A stretch of DNA of 64,000 nucleotides, taken from contig JACPCX010000179.1 of assembly GCA_016184305.1 (NCBI GenBank), forward strand, positions 1 through 64,000. The letters are read 5' to 3'. Positions 43,401 to 53,365 of the stretch are shown here, piece after piece. Source of the DNA: Candidatus Rokuibacteriota bacterium (lineage in GTDB: Bacteria; Methylomirabilota; Methylomirabilia; Rokubacteriales; CSP1-6). The notes below the pieces were generated by a model. That model saw only the letters and a list, made by a program, of their open reading frames with translations. It was not told the DNA's origin and did not search any database. The translations under genes were made by a program, and so were the position numbers. Each line of letters opens with the position of its first letter. Position 1 is the first letter of the stretch.

Positions 43401-45304
43401 GCTCGGTCTTCTACGCAACGTCCTCCGAAGGGCTGGCTCGAGATGTCCAGCGGCTCTTGCTCAAGCTGGGCATCTCGTCGACGACCCACACGAAGAGTTT
43501 CAAATACCGCGGCGGCCGGCGCGTCGGCTACACGGTAAGCCTCACGGGGGGGCGACGCACGTTCACTCGATTTCATGACCTCGTGGGCCCTCATCTGGTC
43601 GGCGCCAAGCGAGTCGCCCTCGCGACGCTGGCCGCTTCCTACGCCGGGACCAAGCCGCTTCTGGCTCGGGGACCTGTGGATGTGATTCCCTGGGTCCTGT
43701 GTCGGGAGCCCCTGAGAGAGGCGGTGCGCAAACGATTTCCGAGCCTGAGGGCCGGCAGCCGGGTTCTGGGAGTGGGGTGGCGCCTGTTCTTCGACGATGA
43801 GCGGCGGCGGGGCATCCGGCGGGACACAGTCGCACACCTGGCGCGGCAACTGGACGCCCCGGCGCTCGACGCGCTGGCGGAGGCTTCCGTCGGCTGGTCA
43901 CGGCCGAGGGGGTTTGTGGTCGAGAGCTCGGAGCCGACCTACGACTTCGAGGTGCCCGGCGCCAGGAGCTTCATCGCGAATGGTATTGCCGTCCACAACT
44001 CACACGCCGCGTGCTACGCCTTCGTGGCGTACCAGACCGCGTACCTCAAGGCCAACTACCCGGTGGAGTTCATGGCGGCGCTGCTCACCTCGGAAATGGA
44101 CAAGACGGACAAGATCGTCCAGCACATGGACGAGTGCCGGGCCATGGGGCTCACGGTGGCGCCGCCCGACGTGAACACCTCGGGCGCGCGGTTCGCGGTC
44201 TCGGCGGAGACGATCCGCTTCGGGCTGGCGGCCATCAAGAACGTGGGGGCCTCCGCCATCGAGTCCATCGTCCGCAACCGGGCCGGTGAGGGGCCCTTTG
44301 CCTCGCTCGCCGACTTCTGCATCCGGGCGGATCTCCGGCTCATCAACCGGCGCGTGAGCGAGAGCCTGATCAAGGCCGGGGCGTTCGACTCGCTGGGCGG
44401 GACTCGGGCTGGCCTGCTGGCCTCGCTCGACCAGACGATGGAAGCCGGTCAGCGGCGGCAGCGGGACCGGGACGAGGGCCAGGCATCCCTCTTCGACGCC
44501 CCGGCGGGGCCGCCGACGGCGGACGGCAGCGGGGGCCGAGGGCGCGCGGGGATGACTCCCGGGGCGCCGCAACGCGACATGCCGGAGTGGCCGGCGGAGC
44601 AGCTGCTGGGTTACGAGAAGGACGTCCTGGGCTTCTACCTGTCAGGACATCCCCTGGAGCGCTACCGTGAGACGGCCCGAGACCTGGGCACAGCCTCTGC
44701 GGCTGACATCGCGTCGCGGCCGGTGGCCTCTCGCGTCGCGCTCCTCGGCCAGATCGGCGCCGTCCGGGAGCGCGCGACCAAGAGCGGCAACCGCATGGCC
44801 TTCGCCACGCTCGATGTGGCCGATGGCGCGGTGTCCCTGACGGTGTTCCCGGAGGCCTTCAAGAGTTGCGGCGCGGCGCTGGGGACCCCGGGCCCGGTGA
44901 TCGTCAAGGGGCGCATCGATGAGACAGACAAGGGGAGGGTCATCCTGGTGGAAGAGATCGCGCCGCTCCCATCGGTGCTCCAGGGCGGTGGCGGTGGCAC
45001 AAGGTCAACGGCCGGGCGCGCCACGGCCGGGGACGGGAGCGGAGCGCGGCGGCACGTGCATGCGTGCAGGATCCGGCTGCGCGCCGAGGCGCCGGAGGTC
45101 GACGCGCTGCTCGGCTCGCTGAGGCAGATCTGCCAGGAGCATCGGGGGAGGACGCCGCTCTTCGTCCACGTCCTGCTGCCGGAGCAGGAGGTCGTCGTCA
45201 AGGCGAGCGGGTACCCGGTCGAGCCCGGTCCCGAGCTCGTCGAGAAGATCGAGCGGCTCCTGGGGCCGGACGCCGTCACCGTCGAGTATGCCGGACGAGC
45301 TTGA
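40490..45304 (+). CDS. dnaE: DNA polymerase III alpha subunit containing an intein
   Basis: [16 protein letters not shown] domain, [25 protein letters not shown] fold. Confidence 0.97.
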   Translation: MGGADFVHLHVHSEYSLLDGAAQLEKLVEKAKALEFPAIALTDHGNLFGAIDFYAACRKAGIKPIVGSELYVAPGSRFERSPQDGGYEGASHCTVLVRNETGYRNLIKLVSKAYLEGFYYKPRVDRELLAQHADGLLVLSGCLNSEVSKLLSSGEDAKARQVAGWYQDVFGRDHYFMELQSHGIEEQQRVTEGTLRIARALGAPVCGTNDSHYLEATHSRAHEALLCIQTGTTMSDPNRWRFSTEEFYLKSAEEMRRVFRDLPEACANTLAVAERCNLELAFGTFHLPQYQVPGGHTLDSYLEHLAMEGMTQRYGASPPDAVMERLRYELGVISRMGFSGYFLVVWDFIAYARRQGIAVGPGRGSSAGSLVAYCLGITSVDPIRYGLLFERFLNPERISMPDMDIDFADDRRDEVIRYVVERYGADRVAHIITFGTMGAKAVIRDVGRVLGFSYGDADRLAKLVPGFPLNITLDDSLEKSPELAQIVKQDPRVGELWGVAKALEGCTRHASVHASAVVISDEPLMDRVPLYKDPKRPELITGFAMGPIEKLGLLKMDFLGLKTLTVITGAVQLVKESRGVLLDPDAFPIDDARTYQLLSEARTLGVFQLESPGMRDALQKLRPEHIEDLIAMVALYRPGPMDLIPDFVNRKHGRAPITYEHPAMEEHLKATYGIMVYQEQVMRLAAELAGFSLGQADTLRKAMGKKDRELMAQQREQFIAGCRAKKMDARKAERIWELIEKFAGYGFNRCLTADTQIEMSNGIRKPITQVRSGDMVLTKDGPFRALGVRPSGVRAVGRLRLANGMAIRCTPDHPIFTQRGWVNAEDVTPEDFIAVARKLPSGRESVSPERPALLGYALSEGCMGYAGHFYLYSTVADEIEDMRRTLAVFANTLPRVEYRSHDKASSVRPVRIDRKVPSAAVRFLFEECGLQWKGALDKRVPALVDRWDRDAVAVLVGKLFQGDGCVHRKTRSVFYATSSEGLARDVQRLLLKLGISSTTHTKSFKYRGGRRVGYTVSLTGGRRTFTRFHDLVGPHLVGAKRVALATLAASYAGTKPLLARGPVDVIPWVLCREPLREAVRKRFPSLRAGSRVLGVGWRLFFDDERRRGIRRDTVAHLARQLDAPALDALAEASVGWSRPRGFVVESSEPTYDFEVPGARSFIANGIAVHNSHAACYAFVAYQTAYLKANYPVEFMAALLTSEMDKTDKIVQHMDECRAMGLTVAPPDVNTSGARFAVSAETIRFGLAAIKNVGASAIESIVRNRAGEGPFASLADFCIRADLRLINRRVSESLIKAGAFDSLGGTRAGLLASLDQTMEAGQRRQRDRDEGQASLFDAPAGPPTADGSGGRGRAGMTPGAPQRDMPEWPAEQLLGYEKDVLGFYLSGHPLERYRETARDLGTASAADIASRPVASRVALLGQIGAVRERATKSGNRMAFATLDVADGAVSLTVFPEAFKSCGAALGTPGPVIVKGRIDETDKGRVILVEEIAPLPSVLQGGGGGTRSTAGRATAGDGSGARRHVHACRIRLRAEAPEVDALLGSLRQICQEHRGRTPLFVHVLLPEQEVVVKASGYPVEPGPELVEKIERLLGPDAVTVEYAGRA
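42737..43999 (+). mobile_element. Intein with LAGLIDADG homing endonuclease (421 aa)
   Basis: [12 protein letters not shown]...TPDHPIFT...LLGYALSEG...LFQGDG...TYDFEV...[14 protein letters not shown]. Confidence 0.95.
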
Positions 45305-46241
45305 GTTCGAGAAACCGATCCTGGAGCTGGAGAACCGGATCGCCGAGATCCGCGCCGCCGAGGGCGAGGCGGCCTCTCGCGACGCGATCGGCAAGCTCGA
45401 GGAACGGCTGCGGCGCCTGCAGCAGAAGGTGTACGGGAGCCTCACTGCCTGGCAGCGGGCGCAGCTCGCCCGGCACCCGAAGCGCCCGCACGCGCTGGAC
45501 CTGTTCCGCCTGCTCCTGACCGACTTCGTCGAGCTCCACGGCGATCGTGTCTTCGGCGACGACATGGCGATCGTCGGCGGGCTGGCCGGCTTCGAGGGGG
45601 AGCCCGTGGTCGTGGTCGGGCACCAGAAGGGACGTGACACGCGGGAGAACATCGCCCGCAACTTCGGGATGCCGCACCCCGAGGGCTACCGGAAGGCGTT
45701 GAGGCTCATGCAGCTCGCCGAGAAGTTCGGCAAGCCGGTGATCACCTTCATCGATACGCCCGGCGCGTATCCGGGACTCGGCGCGGAGGAGCGGGGCCAG
45801 GCGGAGGCCATCGCCCGCAATCTCCGGGAGATGGCAGGGCTGCGCACCCCGATCATCTCCGTGGTGACGGGAGAGGGAGGCAGCGGCGGGGCGCTGGCCA
45901 TCGGGGTCGCGAACCGCGTCCTCATGTTCGAGCACGCCATCTACTCCGTCATCTCGCCCGAGGGGTGCGCGGCCATCCTCTGGGGCGACGCCTCCAAGGC
46001 CCCGGAGGCGGCCCGGCTCATGCGCACCACGGCCCCGGATCTCCAGCGGCTCGGCATCATCGACGGCGTCGTCCCCGAGCCCGTGGGGGGCGCCCACAGG
46101 AACTGGGAGGAGGCGGCCGGCAACCTTCGCACGGCGCTCCGCGAGCACTTGCGGCAGCTCAGGCCCAGGAGCCCCGACGAGCTGGTCCAGGACCGCTACG
46201 AGAAGTTCCGGCGCATCGGCGTCTTCGACGAACCGGCCTGA
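45288..46241 (+). CDS. accA: Acetyl-CoA carboxylase carboxyltransferase alpha
   Basis: [38 protein letters not shown]. Confidence 0.97.
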   Translation: MPDELEFEKPILELENRIAEIRAAEGEAASRDAIGKLEERLRRLQQKVYGSLTAWQRAQLARHPKRPHALDLFRLLLTDFVELHGDRVFGDDMAIVGGLAGFEGEPVVVVGHQKGRDTRENIARNFGMPHPEGYRKALRLMQLAEKFGKPVITFIDTPGAYPGLGAEERGQAEAIARNLREMAGLRTPIISVVTGEGGSGGALAIGVANRVLMFEHAIYSVISPEGCAAILWGDASKAPEAARLMRTTAPDLQRLGIIDGVVPEPVGGAHRNWEEAAGNLRTALREHLRQLRPRSPDELVQDRYEKFRRIGVFDEPA

Positions 46242-46252
46242 ACGCCCGAAGT

Positions 46253-46281
46253 TTGACACCTCGCTGGGCCGGTGTTACCGT
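46253..46281 (+). promoter_or_regulatory. sigma70 promoter for miaB
   Basis: TTGACA-17 bp-TACCGT with extended TG. Confidence 0.65.
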
Positions 46282-46296
46282 AAGCCCCAGGAATTT

Positions 46297-47649
46297 ATGC
46301 TCAAACTCCATCTCATCACCTACGGCTGCCAGATGAACGAGTATGACTCCGAACGGGTGGCCGGGCTGCTGAAGCATGCGCGCTACGAGCTCACCGAATC
46401 CCCCGAGGCGGCGGACCTGATCCTGCTCAACACCTGCTCCATCCGCGAGCGAGCCGAGGAGAAGGTCTTCTCCCAGCTCGGATCGCTGAGACGGCTCAAG
46501 AGCGCCAACCCGGATCTCCTGATCGGCGTGATGGGGTGCATGGCGCAGCTCCAGTCGGGGGGGATCCAGGAGCGGGCGCCCTTCGTGGATCTGGTCTTCG
46601 GCTCCCCCGCGATCGCGCGGGTCGGGGAACTCGTGGCGCGCGCCCGAGCCGAGCGGCGTCCGGTCATCGAGACGGGGGAAGGGCCCCTTGTGAAGATCGC
46701 CCCTCCGCCCGATGGGACGAGGCGCCTGAAGGCGTTCGTGACGATCATGGAGGGCTGTGAGAAGCACTGCACCTTCTGCGTTGTGCCGACGACGCGGGGC
46801 CGGGAGCGAAGCCACCCGCCGGAGTCCGTGCTGGAGGAGATCCGCGGCCTCGCCGCGCGCGGCTGCCGCGAGGTCACGCTCCTCGGGCAGACGGTGAACG
46901 CCTACGGGCGCGACCTCGCGCCGCCCACCGACCTGGCCGACCTCCTCGCGCGGGTGAACGCGATCGCGGGCATCGAGCGGATCCGGTTCACGACGTCCAA
47001 CCCGTACAACCTCAACCGCCGGCTGATGCGCGCGATCCGCGAGGTCCCGAAGGTAGTGGAGTACCTGCACCTGCCGCTGCAGTCGGGCTCCGACCGGATC
47101 CTCGAGCGCATGAACCGGGGCTATACCCGCGCCCGCTACCTCGAGCTGATCGCCGAGGTCGAGGAGACCGTGCCGGGCATCGCGCTGTCCACCGACCTCA
47201 TCGTGGGGTTTCCGGGGGAGACGGACGAAGACTTCCAGCAGACCGTGGACGTGGTGGAGCGGTTGCGCTACGACAACGTCTTCGCGTTCCGGTACTCGCG
47301 CCGGCCCGGCACGCCCGCCGCCGAGATGCCCGACCAGGTGCCGGACGCCATCAAGGCGAGCCGGAATACGCGCATCCTCACGGTCGCGACCCGCGTGGCA
47401 GCCGAGCGCAGCCGCGCCCTGGAGGGGCGCGTGCTGCCGATCCTGGCGGATGGCCTCTCCCGGAAGAACGCGCGAGAGGCGACGGGCCGCACCCGGTGCA
47501 ACCGCGTGGTGAACTTCGATCCCGAGGGCCAGGACCTCTTCGGCGAGGTGGTTCCCGTCCTCATCACCCAGGCCCTGCCTCACAGCCTGCGCGGAGCGCT
47601 GGCCGGCCGGGAGGCCGTTCTGCAGGCCGCGGGGATGCAGCCGGCGTAG
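46297..47649 (+). CDS. miaB: tRNA-2-methylthio-N6-dimethylallyladenosine synthase
   Basis: TYGCQMNEYDS, NTCSIRE.AE.K, CxxxCxxC, TRAM domain. Confidence 0.95.
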   Translation: MLKLHLITYGCQMNEYDSERVAGLLKHARYELTESPEAADLILLNTCSIRERAEEKVFSQLGSLRRLKSANPDLLIGVMGCMAQLQSGGIQERAPFVDLVFGSPAIARVGELVARARAERRPVIETGEGPLVKIAPPPDGTRRLKAFVTIMEGCEKHCTFCVVPTTRGRERSHPPESVLEEIRGLAARGCREVTLLGQTVNAYGRDLAPPTDLADLLARVNAIAGIERIRFTTSNPYNLNRRLMRAIREVPKVVEYLHLPLQSGSDRILERMNRGYTRARYLELIAEVEETVPGIALSTDLIVGFPGETDEDFQQTVDVVERLRYDNVFAFRYSRRPGTPAAEMPDQVPDAIKASRNTRILTVATRVAAERSRALEGRVLPILADGLSRKNAREATGRTRCNRVVNFDPEGQDLFGEVVPVLITQALPHSLRGALAGREAVLQAAGMQPA

Positions 47650-47663
47650 GAGGGAGGAGCGCG

Positions 47664-48191
47664 ATGTGGCTCGAGATGAAGGTGAAGGGACTGGCCCTGG
47701 ATCCGCTCTCCAACCTGCCGATCCTGATCCTCCGCGACGAGGAGGAGAAGCGCTCGCTTCCCATCTGGGTGGGGCTCGCGGAGGCCAACGCCATCGCGCT
47801 GGAGCTCGAGAAGATCCCGACGCCGCGGCCCATGACCCACGACCTGATCAAGAGCATTCTCGAGGCGCTGCGCGCGCGCGTGATCAAGGTCGTGGTGAAC
47901 GACCTGCGCGACAACACCTTCTTCGCGGTCATCCATCTGCAGCTCGGCTCCACCGAGATCACGGTGGACTCGCGCCCCTCCGACGCCATCGCCCTGGCCC
48001 TGCGGGTGGCCGCCCCCATCTTCGTGGAGGAGGAGGTCGTCCTCAAGGCGCAGACCGCGGAGGTCGCCAGGGAGGGCGAGGCGGCTCCCGCCAAGGCTGA
48101 GGACCAGGAGAAGGTGAAGGAGTGGCTCGACTCGATCACGCCTGGGGACTTCATGGAGCGCGGCAAAGAGCCGGGCGGCCCGGTCGAGTAG
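47664..48191 (+). CDS. Bifunctional nuclease (DUF151)
   Basis: LPIWVG..EANAI, RPMTHDL, DSRPSDAIALA. Confidence 0.92.
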   Translation: MWLEMKVKGLALDPLSNLPILILRDEEEKRSLPIWVGLAEANAIALELEKIPTPRPMTHDLIKSILEALRARVIKVVVNDLRDNTFFAVIHLQLGSTEITVDSRPSDAIALALRVAAPIFVEEEVVLKAQTAEVAREGEAAPAKAEDQEKVKEWLDSITPGDFMERGKEPGGPVE

Positions 48192-48194
48192 TGA

Positions 48195-49334
48195 ATGCGG
48201 GTCGGACTGTTCACCAACAACTACCTGCCCTTCCGGGGCGGGGTCGCCACCTCCGTCGAGACGCTCCGCGAGGGGCTTGAGGTCCTCGGGCACCGCACCT
48301 GGGTCTTCGCGCCGGCCCCCTCGGCCAGAGTGGAGGACCCGCCACGGGTCTTCCGGTACCGGTCGATCCCCGCGCCCACCTATCCCGGCTTCGCCCTGCC
48401 GCTGCCGTTCTCGCCGCGCCTCGCGCGGACGGCGCGCGGACTCGACCTCGAGGTCATCCACGCGCAGCATCCGTTCCTTCTTGGGGTGACGGCGCGGCGG
48501 CTCGCCCGCCGGCAGGACATCCCGCTCGTCTTCACCTACCACACGCGCTACGAGAAGTACGCGCACTACGTGCCCCTGCCGCAGCGCCTGGTGGCCGCGC
48601 TGGCGGTGCGGCTCTCCTGCCGGTTCGCGAACGCGGCGGACCTGGTGGTGGCGCCGTCGGCGGGGATCGCCGAGATGCTCCACGCACGCGGCGTCGCGGC
48701 GCCCGTGGCCGTGGTGCCCACGGGAGTCCCGGTGGACCGCTTCGCGCCGGGAGATCGCGTCGCCGCGCGCCGGAGGCTCGGGCTGCCGGCGGACGGGCCG
48801 CTCTGCCTCTACGTGGGGCGGCTGGACCGGGAGAAGAACGTGGACCGGGTGATCGCCGCCTTCGGCTCGATTGCCGGGGCGGTGTCGGCGGTCCGGCTCT
48901 CCCTCGTGGGGCAGGGCAGTCACGCGCAGGCGCTTCGACGGATCGCCGAGGCGAGTCCGGCCTGCGAACGGATCCACTTCCACGGGGGGGTGGCGCGCGA
49001 CGACCTCCCACCTTACTATCAGGCCGCCGACCTGTTCCTCTTCGCGTCCGAGACGGAGACCCAGGGGCTCGTTCTCGCCGAGGCGCACGCCTGCGGGCTC
49101 GCCGCCGTGGCTGTGCGCGCCTCGGGCGTCGAGGAGGTCGTCGTGGACGGGGAGACGGGTGTCCTCACCAAGCCGGATGCCGGCGACCTGGCAGACGCGG
49201 CCATCGCGCTCCTGCTGGAGCCCGAGCGGCGCCGCGCGATGGGACAGGCGGCGCGTGTCGTGGCGGAGCGGTCGTTCTCGGCATCCGTCCAGGTCGCGGC
49301 GATGGCGGCCGAATACGCGCGTCTGTTGCGATGA
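48195..49334 (+). CDS. GT4 glycosyltransferase (diacylglycerol glucosyltransferase-like)
   Basis: FTNNYLP..GGV, FTYHT.YE.Y.HY, YVGRL..EKN, ETQGLV..EA. Confidence 0.88.
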   Translation: MRVGLFTNNYLPFRGGVATSVETLREGLEVLGHRTWVFAPAPSARVEDPPRVFRYRSIPAPTYPGFALPLPFSPRLARTARGLDLEVIHAQHPFLLGVTARRLARRQDIPLVFTYHTRYEKYAHYVPLPQRLVAALAVRLSCRFANAADLVVAPSAGIAEMLHARGVAAPVAVVPTGVPVDRFAPGDRVAARRRLGLPADGPLCLYVGRLDREKNVDRVIAAFGSIAGAVSAVRLSLVGQGSHAQALRRIAEASPACERIHFHGGVARDDLPPYYQAADLFLFASETETQGLVLAEAHACGLAAVAVRASGVEEVVVDGETGVLTKPDAGDLADAAIALLLEPERRRAMGQAARVVAERSFSASVQVAAMAAEYARLLR

Positions 49335-49588
49335 ACGGACGGGAGCTGAGACTGGTGCTGCGGTCGGAGTGGGACGGCAGCGCCGGCCCCTCGGGGCGCA
49401 GCGGGCTCCTGGCCGGCGACGAGCGGGTGCGCACTCTTCTGCGGGTTCTGCTCACCTATCCGGAGGTATGCTACATTCTGCCCGATCGCATTCGCCTCGA
49501 ACCCTCGGCGGATCCTCGCTTGCTGGAGACCATCACGCGCTTCCTCGCGCGCCAGTCCTGGCTGGTGACGACCGTCAGCGTCCGATGA
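49331..49588 (+). CDS. Hypothetical protein, 85 aa
   Basis: ATGA overlap with upstream gene; plausible globular composition. Confidence 0.6.
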   Translation: MNGRELRLVLRSEWDGSAGPSGRSGLLAGDERVRTLLRVLLTYPEVCYILPDRIRLEPSADPRLLETITRFLARQSWLVTTVSVR

Positions 49589-49688
49589 GCGGCGGCAGCG
49601 AAACGGCCACGGTGACAACGGCACCCCGATGAGCGCTTGCGCGAAGAGGCCATCCCGCAACGTGAAGTCATCCACATTCAGGCGAGAC
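49582..49688 (+). repeat. Repeat family A: one degenerate half unit plus one full unit
   Basis: ccgatgagcggcggcagcgaaacggcc at 49582; ccgatgagcgcttgcgcgaagaggcc...tccacattcaggcgaga at 49626. Confidence 0.85.
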
Positions 49689-49712
49689 GGACGATGTGGA
49701 GAGGAGACGCAC

Positions 49713-50537
49713 ATGAGCGAGCAGGACGCCGAGGTGCGGCTGCTGCAGAGGATCCGGGCGGGGGAGCGCATCGAGTCGTCCGGCGAGATGACCGAGGAGT
49801 ACCGCCGCAACGTGATCCACCTGATGACCATGCAGGCCGACTCCGAGCTCGCCGGCGCCTTCGGCTACGTGCCGTGGATCATGAAGGCGCCGACCATCGA
49901 GGAGAAACACGTGGTGGCGCAGATCGTGAGGGACGAGGTCCGCCACGCGCACGTGATGTACGGGCTGCTGGAGGATCTGGGAGTTGACGTGGGGACCCAC
50001 ATCGCCCGGCACGACTTCACCCTCCGGCTCGACGACGCGGCCGCCGACATCGGCACCCAGCGAGTGGCCGACGACAAACGCGTGAACATCTTCTACTACC
50101 CCATCGACCGCTGGGCCGACTTCGTATTCTTCAACTTCTGCATGGACCGCGGGGCGGGCCATCAGCTCGAGGACGTGCGGCAGTGCTCCTACGGGCCGTG
50201 GGCGCGGGCCATCGAGGGCATCTTCAAGGAAGAGAAGATGCACATCCGCCACGGCGAGCTATGGGTGCAGCGCCTGGGCGCCGATCCGGTGACGCGCCCG
50301 GAGGCACAGGCGACGCTGGGCAAGTGGTACGTGCGGACGATGAACATCTTCGGACGCCCCGGATCGCCGCGCAATGCGCTGTACCGGAAGTACGGCCTGA
50401 AGCTCCGCGATAACGACGAGGTGCGGCAGGGGTTCGCCCGCGAGGTCAAGGAGCTGGTCGAGGCCGCCGGGCTCAAGGCGCCCGAGTGGACGCCTGCGTG
50501 GGACCGCCTCCCGGAAGAGGCGCAGATTCCGGGATGA
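49713..50537 (+). CDS. PaaA-like diiron ring-epoxidase subunit (alternative in-frame start 49629)
   Basis: GERIE....M.EEYR, QADSE..G, APTIEEK, DEVRH and EEKMH ExxH pairs, CSYGPWAR; SD gaggag. Confidence 0.8.
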   Translation: MSEQDAEVRLLQRIRAGERIESSGEMTEEYRRNVIHLMTMQADSELAGAFGYVPWIMKAPTIEEKHVVAQIVRDEVRHAHVMYGLLEDLGVDVGTHIARHDFTLRLDDAAADIGTQRVADDKRVNIFYYPIDRWADFVFFNFCMDRGAGHQLEDVRQCSYGPWARAIEGIFKEEKMHIRHGELWVQRLGADPVTRPEAQATLGKWYVRTMNIFGRPGSPRNALYRKYGLKLRDNDEVRQGFAREVKELVEAAGLKAPEWTPAWDRLPEEAQIPG

Positions 50538-50606
50538 CCCCCCTCGGGCGTATGACAAAGATCATCGCGTCGATGGCATGACACCCTCAGGCTTCCGCGG
50601 AGATTC

Positions 50607-51254
50607 GTGAGGGCCAGCGCGGTACGGACGGCCGTGGCGGGTCTCGCGCTCCTCACGGGCGTGGCTCTCGCCGCTGCGGCGTCGCCGCAGCAGGTGAAGG
50701 TCGTCATCGAGCTCCGCCAGCAGGGACGGGCGAGCCAGCAGGGAGTCCAGGCCTCCGGCGGGGTCATGGTCCGGCAGCGGTCCACGCGCGCGGGCGGGTC
50801 GGTCGCCGTGGAGGACACGACGACCACGACGACGCGCTCGTCGGGGATCTTCCTCGTGGTGCAGGACGGCGGGTCGGGGACCATGGTGGTGGCGCAGGAG
50901 GTGCCGTACCCGCAGCTCGCGTACTTCTTCGACTACGCGGCGGGGAAGGGGTATGTCGCCCAGGGGGTGGCATGGCAGCGGCTGGGCACGGGCTTGACCG
51001 TGAGGCCCACCGTGCTGCCGCGAGGCCAGATCCGGCTCACGGTGACTCCGTGGCTGAGCTACGTGACGGCGGGCGGCGGAGGCAGCATCGAGCTGGTGGA
51101 GGCGGCGACGGAGCTGGTGGTGGCCGCCGGTGCGAAGGTCCAGCTCGGCGGGGCGGCGACGGCGCTTCACGCCGTGACCCGCCAGGTTCTCGGGTACCGG
51201 GAGGAGCGGAGCGCGGGGGAGACAGGCATCTTCCTCACGGCGACGCTCCAGTGA
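50607..51254 (+). CDS. Exported protein resembling a secretin C-terminal fragment
   Basis: Signal peptide; V.DGG.G...V.QEVPY, G.GL.V.P.V....QI.L.V.P, T.L....G..V.LGG. Confidence 0.55.
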   Translation: MRASAVRTAVAGLALLTGVALAAAASPQQVKVVIELRQQGRASQQGVQASGGVMVRQRSTRAGGSVAVEDTTTTTTRSSGIFLVVQDGGSGTMVVAQEVPYPQLAYFFDYAAGKGYVAQGVAWQRLGTGLTVRPTVLPRGQIRLTVTPWLSYVTAGGGGSIELVEAATELVVAAGAKVQLGGAATALHAVTRQVLGYREERSAGETGIFLTATLQ

Positions 51255-51302
51255 TCAGCAGGCGACGGGGGGCAGCGGCCCCCACACTCTAAGGAGGCGG
51301 CC

Positions 51303-52490
51303 ATGGGCGCAAGGGTTTTCGTGATGCTCTGGGCTCTCATCCTGGTGCTCGGCGTTCCCCTCGGGGCCGGCGCCCAGGAGTACCGCATCGGGTTCGTGGC
51401 GGCCATCACCGGCCCGGCCTCGTCGCTCGGCGTGCCGGAGCGCGACCTCGCTCAGCTCGTCCAGAAGGAGTGGGACGCCAAGGGGGGCATCGCGGGGCCC
51501 GACGGCAAGAGGTACCCCGTGAAGATCATCATCCACGACGACGAGTCCAAGGCCGACACCACCGTGCGGAGCGTGAAGAAGCTCATCGGCGAGGACAAGG
51601 TCCACGTCGTGATCGCCTCCAGCCAGAGTCCCACCAGCCTGGCCGTCATCCCGGTGGCCACCGAGGCTGCCGTACCGCTGATCTCCATGGCCTCCAGCCA
51701 CGCCATCGTGACCCCGATCAAGGAGCGCTTCTGGATCTTCAAGACCCCGCAGTCCAACATCCACGTGGCCCTGCACCAGGTGAAGTACCTGAAGGCCAAG
51801 GGGTTCAAGAAGGTGGCGAGCCTCTACGTCAACGACGCCTTCGGCGACGACTCGCGGCGGGGACTGGCGCAGATCCTCCAGGGCACGGGGATCGAGGTCG
51901 CGTACGAGGACAAGTTCGAGCAGCGCGACACGGACATGACCCCCCAGCTCACGAAGGCGAAGGCCAGCGGGGCGCAGGCGCTCATCATCCATGCCATCGG
52001 GCCCTCCTCGGTCCTCATCACGCGCCAGGCGAAGGACCTGGGGCTGACGCTGCCGATCGTCCACAACCACGGCATCGGCACGAAGTTCTTCATCCAGCAG
52101 AGCGGCCCGGCCGCGGAAGGGGTGATCTTCCCCATCGGCAAGCTCCTGGTCGCCGAGCAGCTCCCCGACGCCGATCCCCAGAAGAAGGCGCTCCTGGACT
52201 TCGTGCGCTTCTACGAGACCCCGCAGCGCCCGCGCAGCACCTTCGCCGGCCATGCCTGGGACGCGCTCCAGATCGCCGGCATGGCGCTCGGCAAGGTGGC
52301 CCCGGGGACGCCCACCAAGGAGATCTACGCGAAGATCCGCGACGGGATCGAGGGCGTGAAGAACTTCGCGGGCACGGGCGGCATCTTCAACATGTCGGCC
52401 GAGGACCATGTCGGGCTTGACGAGCGCTCCATGGTGCTCGTGCGGATCGAGGGCGGGGACTGGAAGCATTTCCCGCCCGAGAAGTGGTAG
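51303..52490 (+). CDS. Liv-type ABC substrate-binding protein
   Basis: IG....TGPASSLG, DDESK, NDAFG, DTDMTPQLTK. Confidence 0.9.
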   Translation: MGARVFVMLWALILVLGVPLGAGAQEYRIGFVAAITGPASSLGVPERDLAQLVQKEWDAKGGIAGPDGKRYPVKIIIHDDESKADTTVRSVKKLIGEDKVHVVIASSQSPTSLAVIPVATEAAVPLISMASSHAIVTPIKERFWIFKTPQSNIHVALHQVKYLKAKGFKKVASLYVNDAFGDDSRRGLAQILQGTGIEVAYEDKFEQRDTDMTPQLTKAKASGAQALIIHAIGPSSVLITRQAKDLGLTLPIVHNHGIGTKFFIQQSGPAAEGVIFPIGKLLVAEQLPDADPQKKALLDFVRFYETPQRPRSTFAGHAWDALQIAGMALGKVAPGTPTKEIYAKIRDGIEGVKNFAGTGGIFNMSAEDHVGLDERSMVLVRIEGGDWKHFPPEKW

Positions 52491-53365
52491 ACCAGCTCCT
52501 TCAGCTCAGCCTCAGCGGGCTCGCGACCGGGAGCATCTACGCTCTCATCGCCCTGGGCTTCGTGACGATCTACAACGTCACGGGGATCATCAACTTCGCC
52601 CAGGGGGAGTTCGCGATGCTCGGCGCCATGGCGCTCATCGCCCTGGGCCCGCTGGGGCTGCCGCTCCCTCTGGCCATCGCGGCGGCCGTCGGGCTCGTGA
52701 CTCTCGTGGGCGCCGGGATGGAGCGGCTCACCATCCACCCGGCGCGGCGGGCCTCGACGGTCACGCTGATCATCATCACCATCGGCGTGGATATCGCCCT
52801 TCGGGGGCTGGGGCTGCTGCTCTGGGGCACCGACCCGTACACGATCGCGCCGTTTACCCCGGGGCCGCCGGTCCGAGTGGGCGCGGCGGTGATCACGCGG
52901 CAGGGGCTGTGGATCCTGGGCACCACGGCCGCCCTCCTCGTGGTGCTGTGGCTCTTCTTCATGTACTCGTACCGCGGCAAGGTGCTCCGCGCCTGCGCGA
53001 TCAACCCGCTCTCGGCGCGCCTGTCGGGCATCCGGCCGGATCGGATGTCGCTGGTGGCCTTCTCGCTGTCGGCCGGGCTGGGCGCCATCGGCGGGATCGT
53101 CATGGCGCCTGTGACGCTGGCCTCCTATGACATGGGGCTGTCGCTCGGTCTCCGCGGCTTCGTCGCCGCCATCATGGGCGGACTCACCAATCCGGCAGGC
53201 GCCGTGGTGGGGGCGCTGCTCCTCGCCGTGCTCGAGAACATCGCGGCGGGCGTCTTCAGGGCGGCGTACAAAGAGGCCGTCGCCTTCCTCGTGCTCTTCC
53301 TGATCCTGCTCGTGCGGCCCCAGGGGATCTTCGGGCCCGGCGGCGCGGCTCGCGGCGGGCTGTGA
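52484..53365 (+). CDS. LivH-like ABC permease
   Basis: GSIYALIALGF, INFAQGE, GF.AAIMGG. Confidence 0.9.
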   Translation: MVDQLLQLSLSGLATGSIYALIALGFVTIYNVTGIINFAQGEFAMLGAMALIALGPLGLPLPLAIAAAVGLVTLVGAGMERLTIHPARRASTVTLIIITIGVDIALRGLGLLLWGTDPYTIAPFTPGPPVRVGAAVITRQGLWILGTTAALLVVLWLFFMYSYRGKVLRACAINPLSARLSGIRPDRMSLVAFSLSAGLGAIGGIVMAPVTLASYDMGLSLGLRGFVAAIMGGLTNPAGAVVGALLLAVLENIAAGVFRAAYKEAVAFLVLFLILLVRPQGIFGPGGAARGGL

